A DNA stretch of 64,000 nucleotides from Planctomycetota bacterium (GCA_040755855.1 JBFMAD010000007.1:1-64000), one strand, 5' to 3'. Shown: positions 9,492-19,791, numbered from the stretch's first letter. Notes: generated by a model not told the origin, from the letters alone. Numbers and translations: made by a program.

Positions 9492-12400
9492 ATGAAACGC
9501 ATTGGAATCATTGTGCTTATGTTCTCAGTGCTGACGGCATGTTGGCCGGCTTCGGCTGATGTTGAGGTCAAGGACGATCGCGTCGCTGTGACTACGGAGA
9601 AAGGGCGGATCGAGATCGCCCGCGGCGTGATCGTGAAGATGACGAACACGCTGACGGGCGAGACGTATGCGACCGAGCCCGGCGACCGGGGCCTCACCGG
9701 CCTGCTTTGGTGGAACGATCCCGCGTGGGTTGACGAGCAGGCCAAGGTCACGTGCGCCAAGACGGGGGAAGACGAGGCCGCCATCACCGCCTTGCTTTCA
9801 CAAGGCCACGAGATGAAGATGACGGTTGCCGTTGACCCGGCCACGCAGGACATCCTCATCCGACAGTCGGGCACAACCAACAAGAAAAATCTCTACGGCG
9901 TGCAATGGGGCATCGCGGGGTTGGATGCCAAGAGGGTCCGGACGCTTGTGCCGGGGTACTCCGGTGTGTCCCTCGACAGCAAGTGCCCGGCCCGCGACCT
10001 CCACTTCGGTTGGCCGACGGGGTGGGAGGTGCAGATGATGGTCGTCGAGGGGACCGGCGGCGGGTTCTCGGTATGGAGCGAGGACCGGGAGATGCGCTTC
10101 AAGGCCCTGCAGTGGCGACGGAGCAAGGGCGAGGTGACGCTCGGCTTCCAGTCGCACAACTACGCGCCCTTTGACGACCTGACGACCGCCGAGTCGGTCG
10201 AGTGGCGGCTGGCCTTCCACAAGGGCGATTGGCGCGTCCCCGCGAGGCGCTACCGCGACTGGATGGAGAAGACGTGGGGGCTGACGCGGCTCGAAAAGCA
10301 GCAACCGGCCTGGGCAAAGGACATCCGCTTCCTCGTCATCATGGGCATGCAGAAGGACGTCCTGGATGCGCTGAAGCGGCGCATCCCGCCGAGCGTCACG
10401 CTCCTCTACATCCCCAACTGGCGGAAGGACGGGTACGATAAGAACTACCCCGACTACACGGCGCACGAGGAGTTCGGCGAGTTCGTAAAGTACGCGATGG
10501 GACTTGGCTACCACGTCATGCCGCACATGAATTACTTCGGCTGCGACCCCAAGAACCCGGCCTATGAGCAGTTCAAGGAATGGCAGTTCCGCGACCCGCA
10601 CAAGAAGGAGTTGCAGTGGTGGATTCCCCCGCTGCAGCGGATGAAGCCGGACACCGAGCCGACGATCAAGTTCGCCTACATCCACCCCGGCAGCAAGGCA
10701 TGGCGCGACGACCTGACCAAGCGCCTCGTCGAAGTTCAGCGACAATACGGCTTCGACGCGATCCATCTGGACCAGACGCTCTGCATGTACAACCACCCCG
10801 GCGGCAAGGTGGACGGACTGTATGCGCCGCAAGGCAACATCCTCCTCCACAAGCAGCTTCGTGAGGCAATGCCGAACGTCGCGCTCTCCGGAGAAGGGCT
10901 GGATGAAGTCACCTGCCAATACGAAGCGTTCGCCCAGCGCCATGCCTCCCATGCGGTGAACCACGTCTTCGGTACATGGGACGAGGGATTCATCGCCTGC
11001 GGGCATCCGATCAGCTCCTACTTCCTCGCGCCCTACACCACGATCTACGGCTACCTCGGCATGTGCAATCCATCAAACCAGGGACTGTATCTGGGATGGA
11101 AACGGGCCTACGAGAACTGGGGGGTGATCCCCACCTACTCCCGGCCATCGGCCGAGCAGATCGAGGCAGGCGGCGCGATCGTGCAATGCCTGTTCAATGA
11201 GGCGCGGGTGTGGGTGACCGACGCGCTGAACCCCGACTTCGAGAGCCAGTGGGCGCCGGGCACGAAGTTTGAACTCAAGGGAGACAAGGGGGTGCGCGTT
11301 GATTATGTGCGCGAGGCGCACGGCAGCTCGCGCATGGTCCGAACGGCCCAGGGCAAGGAAGAGCTCGTTTACAGATTTGTGAGAGGACAAAGCGCCGTCA
11401 CCGGGCCGGGGAGCATCGCCGACTGGTACGCCTATGACCACGAGAAGATCTTCGGTCTCGACCCAAACGCGACCTACGTCTATCTTCCCACCCCGCGGAA
11501 GCAGAATGTGACGCATATCATCCAGGCCCCGGACGATGCGGTGGTACGCGTCTTTGCCAACGACGACACGAAGTTCTCCGTCGCGCTGGAGGGCCGCCTG
11601 GCCGAGGGGAGTTACGACTTCATCGAACACATTGACGAGGCGCAGGCAGGGATCGTCGTTGAGGGACAGACGGGAGAGCTCAACCACGGCGGCGATTTTC
11701 AGGTCTCCCATGTGAACGTGGGGAATGTGCTGAAGCAGGCGATCTTCGCCCACCCGCCGTGGAAGGTCAAAGCCAAGGGTCCCGAACCGGCTCGGACGTT
11801 CGGGCGGTTCACCGTCGGTCTTCCCGCCGACGGTCTTGCGCACCTCGAGTTCTCCATCGGGCTGCGGCATGGCGTGGACGGCCGGAGCGACGGCGTGCAG
11901 TTCATCGTCGAGGTTGATAGTGAAAAAGTCTTCGACGAAGTATGGGCGAAGAGCGAGTGGAAATCAGCGAGCATCCCGCTCGACAAGTGGCGCGGCAAGA
12001 AGGTGAGCATCGCCTTCATCACGACGCCCGGTCCCGCGAACAACCCGAGCTTCGACTGGGCATGTTGGGGCGAACCGTGCGTTCGTCTCGAGGCCCCGCC
12101 GCGCCGCGTCCACGTGCGATTGGCCGCGACGAAGGAAAAGGCGACGGCCGTCGGACCCGATCCGGAGATGGCGTGTCAGTTGCTCGAAAAGAAGGACGGC
12201 CTTTTCCACTATGGCATTGACATGACCATGCCGGGAAAGGCGATCCTCCTGTGGAAAGAGCCCAAGACCGCAGCGCTGCCCCTTGACCTCGCCGCCGAGC
12301 CGTTTGGCTTATCCGTGACGGTGAACGGGACCGCAGCGACCGGGCCGATACAGCACGTCGGCGCGCAGCCAGGCATGGCCAAGTCCAACGGCGTCGAGAG

Positions 12401-12722
12401 GAGAGGCATCAACGCACATCCACCCAACCAGGGGCGTACCGCCGTCGAATACCTCCTTCAACTCCCCGACAAGAAGCCTATCACGCTCTCCTTTGCGGTT
12501 GGTCTCCGCGACGGGTCGCAGTCCGACGGCGTGATCTTTATCGTCGAGGCAAACGGGAAGGAGTTGTATCGTCAGAAGGTGACATCGCCGGATGGTTGGC
12601 ATCCGGCGGAGGTGGACCTGTCGGAGTATGTCGGCAAGACCGTGCTCATCAGCCTGACCGTAGACGCTGACGGATCATACGTTTACGACTGGGCCACATG
12701 GGCGGAGCCGATGCTGCGGTGA
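9492..12722 (+). CDS. Secreted putative glycoside hydrolase (DUF6259-like barrel) with two C-terminal NPCBM-like modules
   Basis: Signal peptide MKRIGIIVLMF; YDKNYPDY and GFDAIHLDQ; two similar AHPP...SDGV.FIVE...DWA.W.EP modules. Confidence 0.65.
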   Translation: MKRIGIIVLMFSVLTACWPASADVEVKDDRVAVTTEKGRIEIARGVIVKMTNTLTGETYATEPGDRGLTGLLWWNDPAWVDEQAKVTCAKTGEDEAAITALLSQGHEMKMTVAVDPATQDILIRQSGTTNKKNLYGVQWGIAGLDAKRVRTLVPGYSGVSLDSKCPARDLHFGWPTGWEVQMMVVEGTGGGFSVWSEDREMRFKALQWRRSKGEVTLGFQSHNYAPFDDLTTAESVEWRLAFHKGDWRVPARRYRDWMEKTWGLTRLEKQQPAWAKDIRFLVIMGMQKDVLDALKRRIPPSVTLLYIPNWRKDGYDKNYPDYTAHEEFGEFVKYAMGLGYHVMPHMNYFGCDPKNPAYEQFKEWQFRDPHKKELQWWIPPLQRMKPDTEPTIKFAYIHPGSKAWRDDLTKRLVEVQRQYGFDAIHLDQTLCMYNHPGGKVDGLYAPQGNILLHKQLREAMPNVALSGEGLDEVTCQYEAFAQRHASHAVNHVFGTWDEGFIACGHPISSYFLAPYTTIYGYLGMCNPSNQGLYLGWKRAYENWGVIPTYSRPSAEQIEAGGAIVQCLFNEARVWVTDALNPDFESQWAPGTKFELKGDKGVRVDYVREAHGSSRMVRTAQGKEELVYRFVRGQSAVTGPGSIADWYAYDHEKIFGLDPNATYVYLPTPRKQNVTHIIQAPDDAVVRVFANDDTKFSVALEGRLAEGSYDFIEHIDEAQAGIVVEGQTGELNHGGDFQVSHVNVGNVLKQAIFAHPPWKVKAKGPEPARTFGRFTVGLPADGLAHLEFSIGLRHGVDGRSDGVQFIVEVDSEKVFDEVWAKSEWKSASIPLDKWRGKKVSIAFITTPGPANNPSFDWACWGEPCVRLEAPPRRVHVRLAATKEKATAVGPDPEMACQLLEKKDGLFHYGIDMTMPGKAILLWKEPKTAALPLDLAAEPFGLSVTVNGTAATGPIQHVGAQPGMAKSNGVERRGINAHPPNQGRTAVEYLLQLPDKKPITLSFAVGLRDGSQSDGVIFIVEANGKELYRQKVTSPDGWHPAEVDLSEYVGKTVLISLTVDADGSYVYDWATWAEPMLR

Positions 12723-12747
12723 GCGGCGGACATCCGCTTCTCTCTTG

Positions 12748-13998
12748 TCAGGTTGCAATTAACTCCTTAACCATTCCCTCCGGCACGCTCGCCGCGTAGA
12801 TGTGCGGGAAGCCGCTGCGGTTGGAGTTGAAGATGACCCACTTCAGGTCCGGCGTCAGGTATGGATGGGCGTGCGTGTTCTGCGACCGGTTCATCTGGGT
12901 CCTCGATTCGCAGACCACGGCGCTTTTGCCGGTCTTCGTCGAGCCGATGACCAGCTTCACCGGCCCCTGACCGTCGTCGCAACTGAACAAGCGACCGCAA
13001 CGAGAGACCCCTACGTGGCAGAAGCGGTATCCCTTGCAGGCGACGCGCGCGGGTTTTCCTTCGCTGACCGCCAGCAGGTTTCCCTTCTCTGGATCGTAAT
13101 TCCCTTTCGCGCTTACGGTGAGCAGCATTTCCCGCGTGTTCCCGATCCATGCCTGGTGGCCCGTGCAGGCCGTGGTGTGCGGTGTGCCGACCTGCAGCTC
13201 GATCCGTTTGCCGTCGGGAATCGTCAGGAGATACAACGTCGCGCCCTCGGGGCCGGTGCTTTGGATCATCTTCCCCTTCTCGTCGAGCTTACCGCCCCGG
13301 TTGTGCTGGATCATGACTCGGTCCCCCGTGCTCGGCTCGAACTGCGGGTGGGCGTTGAAGGTATCGGGGTCCTGGTCAATGATCTTCTCCTCGCCCTTCT
13401 GCAGGTCCACCAGGAGAATCCCGTACATCTTGTACTGGTCGTCCATCCTCTTGCCGCGAAGATAATAGCGATGGTCCGAGGTCACCGTCCCCAGGCTCCA
13501 CGTCCATCGCCCGCCTTTTAGTTCATACACTTTTGCGGGCTTGCCTTCGCACAGGTCGGCGCGCATCAGGTCCAGCGTGTCCCCCTCGCCGTCCTTTACA
13601 TAGTAGAGCACCCCGTCGGGCGTCATGGCGCAACCCGACATGCTGTCGGCCGTGTCGAGCACGTGCTTCTTCCACGTCCCCATCTCCACCACGACGAATT
13701 CGGATATCCGCCCGCCCGAGGCGTCGCGCCTTCGCCGGAAGTAGACGAAGTAGCGTGAGTCTTTGGAGCAGTACGGCACCTCGCAGTAGATGTTGGAGTG
13801 GTCGTGCTCTTCCGTCGTCACCTGCCAGATTTCCGAGCCCGTCGCTTGAGTCTCCACGTGGATTCCTCCCTCCGGGGCCGTCCCCTCCTGAGCGCGGGCG
13901 AGCCTTGATGCGCCAAGGACGCCCACCGCGCCAAGCGCCATGTTGCCAAGCGCGCGCCGCCGGGTAATTCGTTGCTTCTTCTCCTGTTCCATGCCCAT
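12748..13998 (-). CDS. Oligogalacturonate lyase family (PL22-like) beta-propeller with a Tat signal
   Basis: ITRRRALG twin-arginine leader; HPQFEP and HAHPYLTPDLKWVIFNSN Ogl-type motifs; GAGGAG RBS before ATG 13998. Confidence 0.75.
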   Translation of the reverse strand: MGMEQEKKQRITRRRALGNMALGAVGVLGASRLARAQEGTAPEGGIHVETQATGSEIWQVTTEEHDHSNIYCEVPYCSKDSRYFVYFRRRRDASGGRISEFVVVEMGTWKKHVLDTADSMSGCAMTPDGVLYYVKDGEGDTLDLMRADLCEGKPAKVYELKGGRWTWSLGTVTSDHRYYLRGKRMDDQYKMYGILLVDLQKGEEKIIDQDPDTFNAHPQFEPSTGDRVMIQHNRGGKLDEKGKMIQSTGPEGATLYLLTIPDGKRIELQVGTPHTTACTGHQAWIGNTREMLLTVSAKGNYDPEKGNLLAVSEGKPARVACKGYRFCHVGVSRCGRLFSCDDGQGPVKLVIGSTKTGKSAVVCESRTQMNRSQNTHAHPYLTPDLKWVIFNSNRSGFPHIYAASVPEGMVKELIAT

Positions 13999-14153
13999 TT
14001 GACGCTCCTCGTTCCTCTGCGGACTATGTTCTTCCGGCATGAGCCTACGTTTTTCTCTCCAAATGTCAAGCGTTTTTGTTCATCTGCCTTGACACCGGCT
14101 GTGAAGCATGGTCAAATCCATGTCGCTGGGCGGTGCAATGATCCCGAAAGGAG

Positions 14154-15632
14154 ATGAGTGTGCGTAGGAAAGGATGGATGCTCGGCATGATCGTGCTTCT
14201 GGCAGCGGCGGCAAGGTGCAACGGCGACGATGATAAAATCCCTTCGATTCCCCCTCACCCCGATGAGGCTCTGTTCGGCGCGCGCATCCCGCTGACGATG
14301 ACTCTGCTCGAAACGAGCAACGAAAACCTCAAGCGCAACGTGAAGATTATTTTCTACGGCCAGTCCATCGTGGCGGGCAGTTGGACGAAGATCGTCGAAG
14401 ATGAGCTGCGGAGGCGCTACCCCAGCGCGAACCTGATCGTCGAGAACCGCGCCATCGGCGGCCACACGGCGCCTGCGCTGGTGCGGTGCGCGGTCCACGA
14501 CCTCTATCCCTTCTACCCCGATCTGGTCGTATTCCACGTCTATGGCGGGGAGACGACAGGGGAGTTGGAACGCATCTTTTCCAACATCCGCCGCTACACA
14601 ACGGCGGAGATCATGACATTCACCCACCACACCGCATGGCCCCGGGAGGGGGGCGAGGAGGCGGTGACAAAACGGACCAAGTCCGATGATCTCTCTTCCG
14701 ATATGACGCGGTACCTTGCGCAGAAGTACGACTGCGAGCTGGTCGAGGTTCGCAAGGAGTGGGACGAATACCTCAAGCATCACCATCTGGAGGCGAAGGA
14801 CTTCCTCGGCGACACCGTCCACCCCAATGCGAAGGGCGGACAACTCCTTGCGGGACTGATGTTGCGGCATTTCCGATACAACACGCTCTTCCCCGCCGGC
14901 TGGGCGGATCGCGTTCGCACCTACGAGGCCCGGCGCGCACTGGAGGAGGCGACCGACGAGATCACGTTCACCGGCGAACCGTGGAAAGTCTCCGGGAATG
15001 GCGTGCTTGGCGCGTCGAAGGACAGCGCGCTTCGGCTCGAATTCGACGGCAACCGCGTCGACGTCATCGCCGCCGCACAATCGGGCGAACTCGGCACGAC
15101 CACGATTCGGATCGACGGCAAGGCCCCCTCCTCCTTCCCAGAGGTCTATGTCGCGACGCGGCCCAGTTCCGCTCCACAGGTCTGGTGGCCCGCGGTTAAG
15201 CGCATCACCCTCGGCAAAGACCCCGTGGCGGAGGACTGGAAGCTGACGATCACGGAGATCTCGGACGACGGTCGTCGGTACAAGTATAACATAGTCGGCT
15301 CCGTCACCGGGCCCGACGGCAACGGTTCCGACGCGACAACCTTTATGTCCAACTCCGGTCGGATCATCATCGAGCCGCGCGACTTCGGCATAGCCTCGGC
15401 GTGCCAGTATAAGAAAGTGAAGTGCCCGACGGGATACGAGGTCACGTGGAAGGTTGTGGCCATGTGCATGGACACATGGCAGCCGCAACCGCTCGAAGAC
15501 CCAGCGATCGAACCGTTCTATACCATTGTCCAGGGGCTGAAGAATACGAAACACGTGCTGGAGATTATCCCGAACGGCGACGGGCCTGTGCCCATCAAGG
15601 AGATCGTTGTCCACCGTCCGCCGCTACGCTAA
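14154..15632 (+). CDS. Secreted SGNH/GDSL-family hydrolase
   Basis: FYGQSI (block I), NRAIGG (block II), DTVHPN (block V); signal peptide; start may be GTG 14160. Confidence 0.8.
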   Translation: MSVRRKGWMLGMIVLLAAAARCNGDDDKIPSIPPHPDEALFGARIPLTMTLLETSNENLKRNVKIIFYGQSIVAGSWTKIVEDELRRRYPSANLIVENRAIGGHTAPALVRCAVHDLYPFYPDLVVFHVYGGETTGELERIFSNIRRYTTAEIMTFTHHTAWPREGGEEAVTKRTKSDDLSSDMTRYLAQKYDCELVEVRKEWDEYLKHHHLEAKDFLGDTVHPNAKGGQLLAGLMLRHFRYNTLFPAGWADRVRTYEARRALEEATDEITFTGEPWKVSGNGVLGASKDSALRLEFDGNRVDVIAAAQSGELGTTTIRIDGKAPSSFPEVYVATRPSSAPQVWWPAVKRITLGKDPVAEDWKLTITEISDDGRRYKYNIVGSVTGPDGNGSDATTFMSNSGRIIIEPRDFGIASACQYKKVKCPTGYEVTWKVVAMCMDTWQPQPLEDPAIEPFYTIVQGLKNTKHVLEIIPNGDGPVPIKEIVVHRPPLR

Positions 15633-15648
15633 GGCAAAGGAGATTCCC

Positions 15649-16887
15649 ATGAACGAAGCCATCGAGAAGGCAAAGCAAGCCGCACTGGAGGCGCTGAAAC
15701 CAAGTCCGAAGGACCTGCAGCACGGGCTGGAGCTGCACGCCAATACGGTCGTCTGCGAGTCGTACGGCTTCACCCCGCGCGCGGCGGTTGACGGAACCGC
15801 TCTGGCCGCCGCCGTCGAGGCCGGGGCGTCGGACATCGAGCTGCAGGACATGCGCGAGGAGATGATGATGCTCCGCGTCGCCACCGACCCCGCTGATAAA
15901 AAAGAGTTCATCGAGGCATGGGACGCCGCGGGAGTGACGTGCATCGGCGAGAACTCCGGCGAGGAAAACCAGGCGCCCCTCACGATCATCAAGCGCCTCG
16001 CCCGGTTCAACCACCTGACCGACTTGATGCCCGATTATCTCGTGCGCGCCGCCTGGCCACAGGACATCACCCGCGCCAAGAAGGAAGGGAAGCGCTGCCT
16101 CTACCTGAACTGCAACGGTGTGCCGCTGACGCAGAACTGGTTGTCGGTGCAAGACGAGCTGCGCTACATCCGCGTCTTTTTCCAACTGGGCTGCCGAATG
16201 ATGCACCTGACCTACAACCGCCGCAACATGCTGGGCGACGGCTGCGCCGAGCCGGACAATGCCGGGCTGAGCGACTTCGGCCGGGCCGTGATCGCGGAAA
16301 TGAACCGCGTCGGCGTGATCGTGGACACCGCCCACTCCGGCTGGAAGACGACCTTCGAGGCGGCGAAGGCGTCGGCGTCGCCGATGGTGATCAGCCACTC
16401 CGGCTGCTGCGCCCTCAACGAGCACATCCGGTGCAAGCCGGACGCCGTCATCCGGGCCGTGTGCGACACCGGCGGATACATAGGCATCTGCTGCATCCCC
16501 AATTTCCTGGGGGGAACGGGCGACATCAATGCGTTTCTGGATCATATCGAGTACGTCGTGAAACACTTTGGTGCGGACCGCGTCGCCATCGGGACGGACA
16601 TCTCCTACGTGTCCAGCCGGGCCGCGGAGGAGAACAAGAAGGCACCTCCGCGCAGGAAGGAGCGCAAGCGGTGGGAGAATTTCTGGCCGGAGAACGCCTT
16701 CGCGACGAAGTTCAAGGAGCCTCGATACCCTCAGAGCCTCGCGTGGACCAATTGGCCCTACTTCACCGTCGGCCTCGTCCAGCGCGGCCATTCCGACGAC
16801 GATGTCCAGAAGATCATCGGCGGGAATGTCCTGCGCGTGGCGCAGGCAGTGCTGGATCATGCGAAGGTGGGGCCGAAGGGCAAGTAA
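15649..16887 (+). CDS. Membrane dipeptidase (M19)-like amidohydrolase, divergent
   Basis: HLTYNRRN, GLSDFGRAVIAEMNRVGVIVDTAHSG, ISHSG, AIGTD; AAGGAG RBS. Confidence 0.8.
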   Translation: MNEAIEKAKQAALEALKPSPKDLQHGLELHANTVVCESYGFTPRAAVDGTALAAAVEAGASDIELQDMREEMMMLRVATDPADKKEFIEAWDAAGVTCIGENSGEENQAPLTIIKRLARFNHLTDLMPDYLVRAAWPQDITRAKKEGKRCLYLNCNGVPLTQNWLSVQDELRYIRVFFQLGCRMMHLTYNRRNMLGDGCAEPDNAGLSDFGRAVIAEMNRVGVIVDTAHSGWKTTFEAAKASASPMVISHSGCCALNEHIRCKPDAVIRAVCDTGGYIGICCIPNFLGGTGDINAFLDHIEYVVKHFGADRVAIGTDISYVSSRAAEENKKAPPRRKERKRWENFWPENAFATKFKEPRYPQSLAWTNWPYFTVGLVQRGHSDDDVQKIIGGNVLRVAQAVLDHAKVGPKGK

Positions 16888-16925
16888 GGCTCAACACTCC
16901 CCTCACACGCGAGCATGTCGTGGCT

Positions 16926-18146
16926 CTATCGGTCACCCTTGCGATCGGAGGCCAGCTTCGGGGGGAACACCGTCTTGATGGCCTCCAGATACGCCATGCC
17001 GTTCACCGTGTCCGGCTCCAGGTAGCTGCCCTCGCCCCATTCGTTCCATGCGTTGATCGTCACCACGCGGGGACCGTCGGCCTGCTCAAGCACGCGCGAC
17101 CTGACCAGTTCGAGGGCGCGGCGGAACCGCTCCGGCGTATTGCCCGACATCACCGGGGTGTTCGGATATCCCCGCCCGTCGTGCGGCTGATTGGCCGGGA
17201 TGCGCGGCGTCGAATCCCAGCCCATTGTTACATTCGGGAAGTACGGCGCGCCGTAGGCTTGCCTGTTCTGCTCCCAGTGCTTCAGATACTGGGCGAGCAC
17301 GTAATCATAATCGGTCCGGGGAAAATCCTTGAGGCGGACCCAATGGACCCACACATACGACGTCACGCTGTCCACCCCCAGCGCCTGCACCAGTTGGCGC
17401 GGCTCGCGATCGGGTTTCATGCCCCAGTCAACCGCATTGATGTGCACCCCCGGCAGGCCCGCCTGCTTCGCCAGCGCCCGGAAGTGGTCGAGGGCCTGGC
17501 GCGTTTGCTCCACGCCGCCGAGACCCCGCACCAGCGTGCCCAACTGGTAGATGCTGAAGTAGGGCTTGCCGTCAATTCGCCAATGGGAGGGATGCGTCAT
17601 GTAGTCCCGGACCACGTGTTCTGCGAGCCGATCGAACGTCTGCCGCGAGACCTCACCCTTGGCCCCGGCGAGGTCGTGATTGGCCCACATGAGGGCGAAC
17701 TTAACGCGGTCATTATTGGCGGCCCTAATATATCCCTTGCTCAAGGCGGATTCGAGGTAGTCCGAGACGCGGTCGTTGCAGTAGTAGTCGAAGAGAAACA
17801 CGTCAATGCCGTGGTCCGCCGCGGCGGCGATCTTCCGGGCCATGGCCTGGGGATCGGCCTCGTTCTCGTAGCCCCATGCGGGAGTCTTGGGTTGCTGGTG
17901 CTCGTCGAAGCGAGGATAGGCTACCTTTAGCCGACCCCACTCGGATGTGGTCTTGCCCTTCTCGGGGTCGGTGTGCCAGTTGGGAAAATAGTAACATGCG
18001 ACCGTGATCGGTCGTGCGCTGCTTTGCTCCATCTCCTGTCCTTCCACTTCTCCCGCCAGTGCCAGCAGTGCCAGCCCCCAGAGCAGACTGCGCCTCGTCA
18101 GGCGGAGACATGACATGTCATCGGCTTTCTTGGTCAGCGTGTCCAC
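16926..18146 (-). CDS. GH99-like / WbsX-family glycoside hydrolase domain protein
   Basis: YYFPNWH, HGIDVFLFDYY, FALMWANH, GWDSTPR, NAWNEWGEGSYLEPD. Confidence 0.85.
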   Translation of the reverse strand: MDTLTKKADDMSCLRLTRRSLLWGLALLALAGEVEGQEMEQSSARPITVACYYFPNWHTDPEKGKTTSEWGRLKVAYPRFDEHQQPKTPAWGYENEADPQAMARKIAAAADHGIDVFLFDYYCNDRVSDYLESALSKGYIRAANNDRVKFALMWANHDLAGAKGEVSRQTFDRLAEHVVRDYMTHPSHWRIDGKPYFSIYQLGTLVRGLGGVEQTRQALDHFRALAKQAGLPGVHINAVDWGMKPDREPRQLVQALGVDSVTSYVWVHWVRLKDFPRTDYDYVLAQYLKHWEQNRQAYGAPYFPNVTMGWDSTPRIPANQPHDGRGYPNTPVMSGNTPERFRRALELVRSRVLEQADGPRVVTINAWNEWGEGSYLEPDTVNGMAYLEAIKTVFPPKLASDRKGDR

Positions 18147-18156
18147 TATCCTTTCA

Positions 18157-18450
18157 TTACCTTTCGTTGTCCTGCGGGACCTTGCCGTTCACCGATTTGG
18201 ACCGTCCGGCGACGGCGGCGACCAGTATGCCAAAGGCCATGGCGCCAGCGCCGATGAAGAGGCCCGCGATCATCCCCACGGCGGCGGCGTAGCGCACGAT
18301 GTTCTCCACCTTTGTGAAAAAACATTCCTTCGTGAACTCCGGAGACAGCACGGCGACCAGCGCGCCGAATCCGCCCCCCAACGCCGCCGAGAGAATCGCG
18401 GCGGCAAGGATAAGCGCGAAATTCCGAATGCCTTGATTCATCGGGGCCAT
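18157..18450 (-). CDS. Small membrane protein with two hydrophobic segments
   Basis: 97 aa, two Ala/Gly-rich TM stretches, GAGG RBS, packed tightly between neighbours. Confidence 0.7.
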   Translation of the reverse strand: MAPMNQGIRNFALILAAAILSAALGGGFGALVAVLSPEFTKECFFTKVENIVRYAAAVGMIAGLFIGAGAMAFGILVAAVAGRSKSVNGKVPQDNER

Positions 18451-18462
18451 CCTCTCTATCTC

Positions 18463-18879
18463 TCAGTCCTGCGACGCCGTGTAATACCTCAAGAAATCAC
18501 GCGGCGTCAGTATCTTGATCCCCATGTAATTTTCGATGGCAGTAAGGGCCTTGTCTCCGGAAATGATGAAACCTGCCTCCAACGCTACGGCACATTCGAT
18601 GAACTTGTTGTCGGCCGGGTCATCCTCAACAACATTGAGCCGTGGCGTGTTCGCGGCGAAGACCACGTGGAACCCGCGCCCGAACACATTCAGGAGCTCG
18701 CCAAGCTCTTGCTCGTCCTGTAACGCGAGGCGACGGAGAACTTCAACGTACTCCTCGATGATGGGTTTTGAGAGACAGAGGAGCACCTGGCCGGATTTCC
18801 AGAGATTCACAATTTTGCGCGGGGGACCGCCAAAGAAGGAGGAAACGAAAACGTTAGTGTCCACCACAACACGGATCAC
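18463..18879 (-). CDS. PIN-domain toxin of a type II TA system
   Basis: VVVDTNVFVS, DDPADNKFIECA, IISGDKAL; overlaps the antitoxin stop. Confidence 0.9.
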   Translation of the reverse strand: MIRVVVDTNVFVSSFFGGPPRKIVNLWKSGQVLLCLSKPIIEEYVEVLRRLALQDEQELGELLNVFGRGFHVVFAANTPRLNVVEDDPADNKFIECAVALEAGFIISGDKALTAIENYMGIKILTPRDFLRYYTASQD

Positions 18880-19121
18880 TTGTTGCCCCTAACTTCCCGG
18901 AGAACGCGCCCGACGTCGCCCGGGCCCCGACGGCGGGACCTCAACTTAGCGCTGATACGGTCCCACAAGTCGTCAATATATGCGCCGATGTCCCTGTCTC
19001 TGAGGTAGCCCTCCAGCAGGTCTCTGACTACCTCACTCACGCTTTTCCCTTCCGCCTTGGCCAACCGCGCCACTTTGTTTTTGAGGTCGCTGTCCAATCG
19101 GATAAGCATCTGAGTCGTCAT
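18876..19121 (-). CDS. Ribbon-helix-helix (CopG-like) antitoxin
   Basis: QMLIRLDSDLKNKVARLAKAEGKSVSEVVRDLL RHH pattern, directly upstream of the PIN gene. Confidence 0.88.
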   Translation of the reverse strand: MTTQMLIRLDSDLKNKVARLAKAEGKSVSEVVRDLLEGYLRDRDIGAYIDDLWDRISAKLRSRRRGPGDVGRVLREVRGNK

Positions 19122-19157
19122 TCCTTTCCTCCCGACGGTATTCTATCTTGTTTATAC

Positions 19158-19185
19158 ATTATATCATACGCCCACCACTCGTCAA
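19158..19185 (-). promoter_or_regulatory. Sigma70 promoter of the TA operon
   Basis: Minus strand TTGACG-16 nt-TATAAT with an extended -10 TG. Confidence 0.7.
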
Positions 19186-19272
19186 TGGGAATTTGCGATC
19201 CGATGGAATGACTTTGCCTTTTCGGGTGCAATGTGGGTATGATTCGGGATTGTTCCAAGATGGAGGACATGA

Positions 19273-19791
19273 ATGAAAACGCTCTACCTTGTCCGACACG
19301 CGAAGTCGAGCTGGGAATCCACCGGCCTGGCGGATGTTGACCGCCCGCTGAACAAGCGCGGGGAGAAAGACGCCCCGCTCATGGGCAAAGTCATGAAAAA
19401 GGCGGGGATCAAGCCGGACGTCATCCTGTCCAGCCCTGCCGTCCGGGCCATCGCCACGGCGCAGGTCATCGCCGGGAAGATCGGCTACCCGGAGGAGGAG
19501 ATCATCGAGGACGACGGCCTCTACCGCGCCGAGGTGGACGGTCTGCTCGAGGTGATCCGGGGCATCGAGGACCGCCGCAAGAGCGCCATGATCTTCGGCC
19601 ACAATCCCGAACTCCACGAGCTGGCGGAGGCGCTGACGGATACAACCATTGATAAGCTGCCGACGTGCGCCGTGGTCTGCATCGAGTTCGACGTGGACGC
19701 ATGGGCCAGGGTCGCGCGGGGCGGCGGCGCGTGCAAGTCCCTGGATTTTCCCAAGAAACACCGCAAGGCAAAATCGGAGGAACGGCCATGA
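19273..19791 (+). CDS. SixA-like histidine phosphatase
   Basis: LVRHAKSSW, DRPLNKRG, SSPAVRA, GHNP. Confidence 0.88.
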   Translation: MKTLYLVRHAKSSWESTGLADVDRPLNKRGEKDAPLMGKVMKKAGIKPDVILSSPAVRAIATAQVIAGKIGYPEEEIIEDDGLYRAEVDGLLEVIRGIEDRRKSAMIFGHNPELHELAEALTDTTIDKLPTCAVVCIEFDVDAWARVARGGGACKSLDFPKKHRKAKSEERP

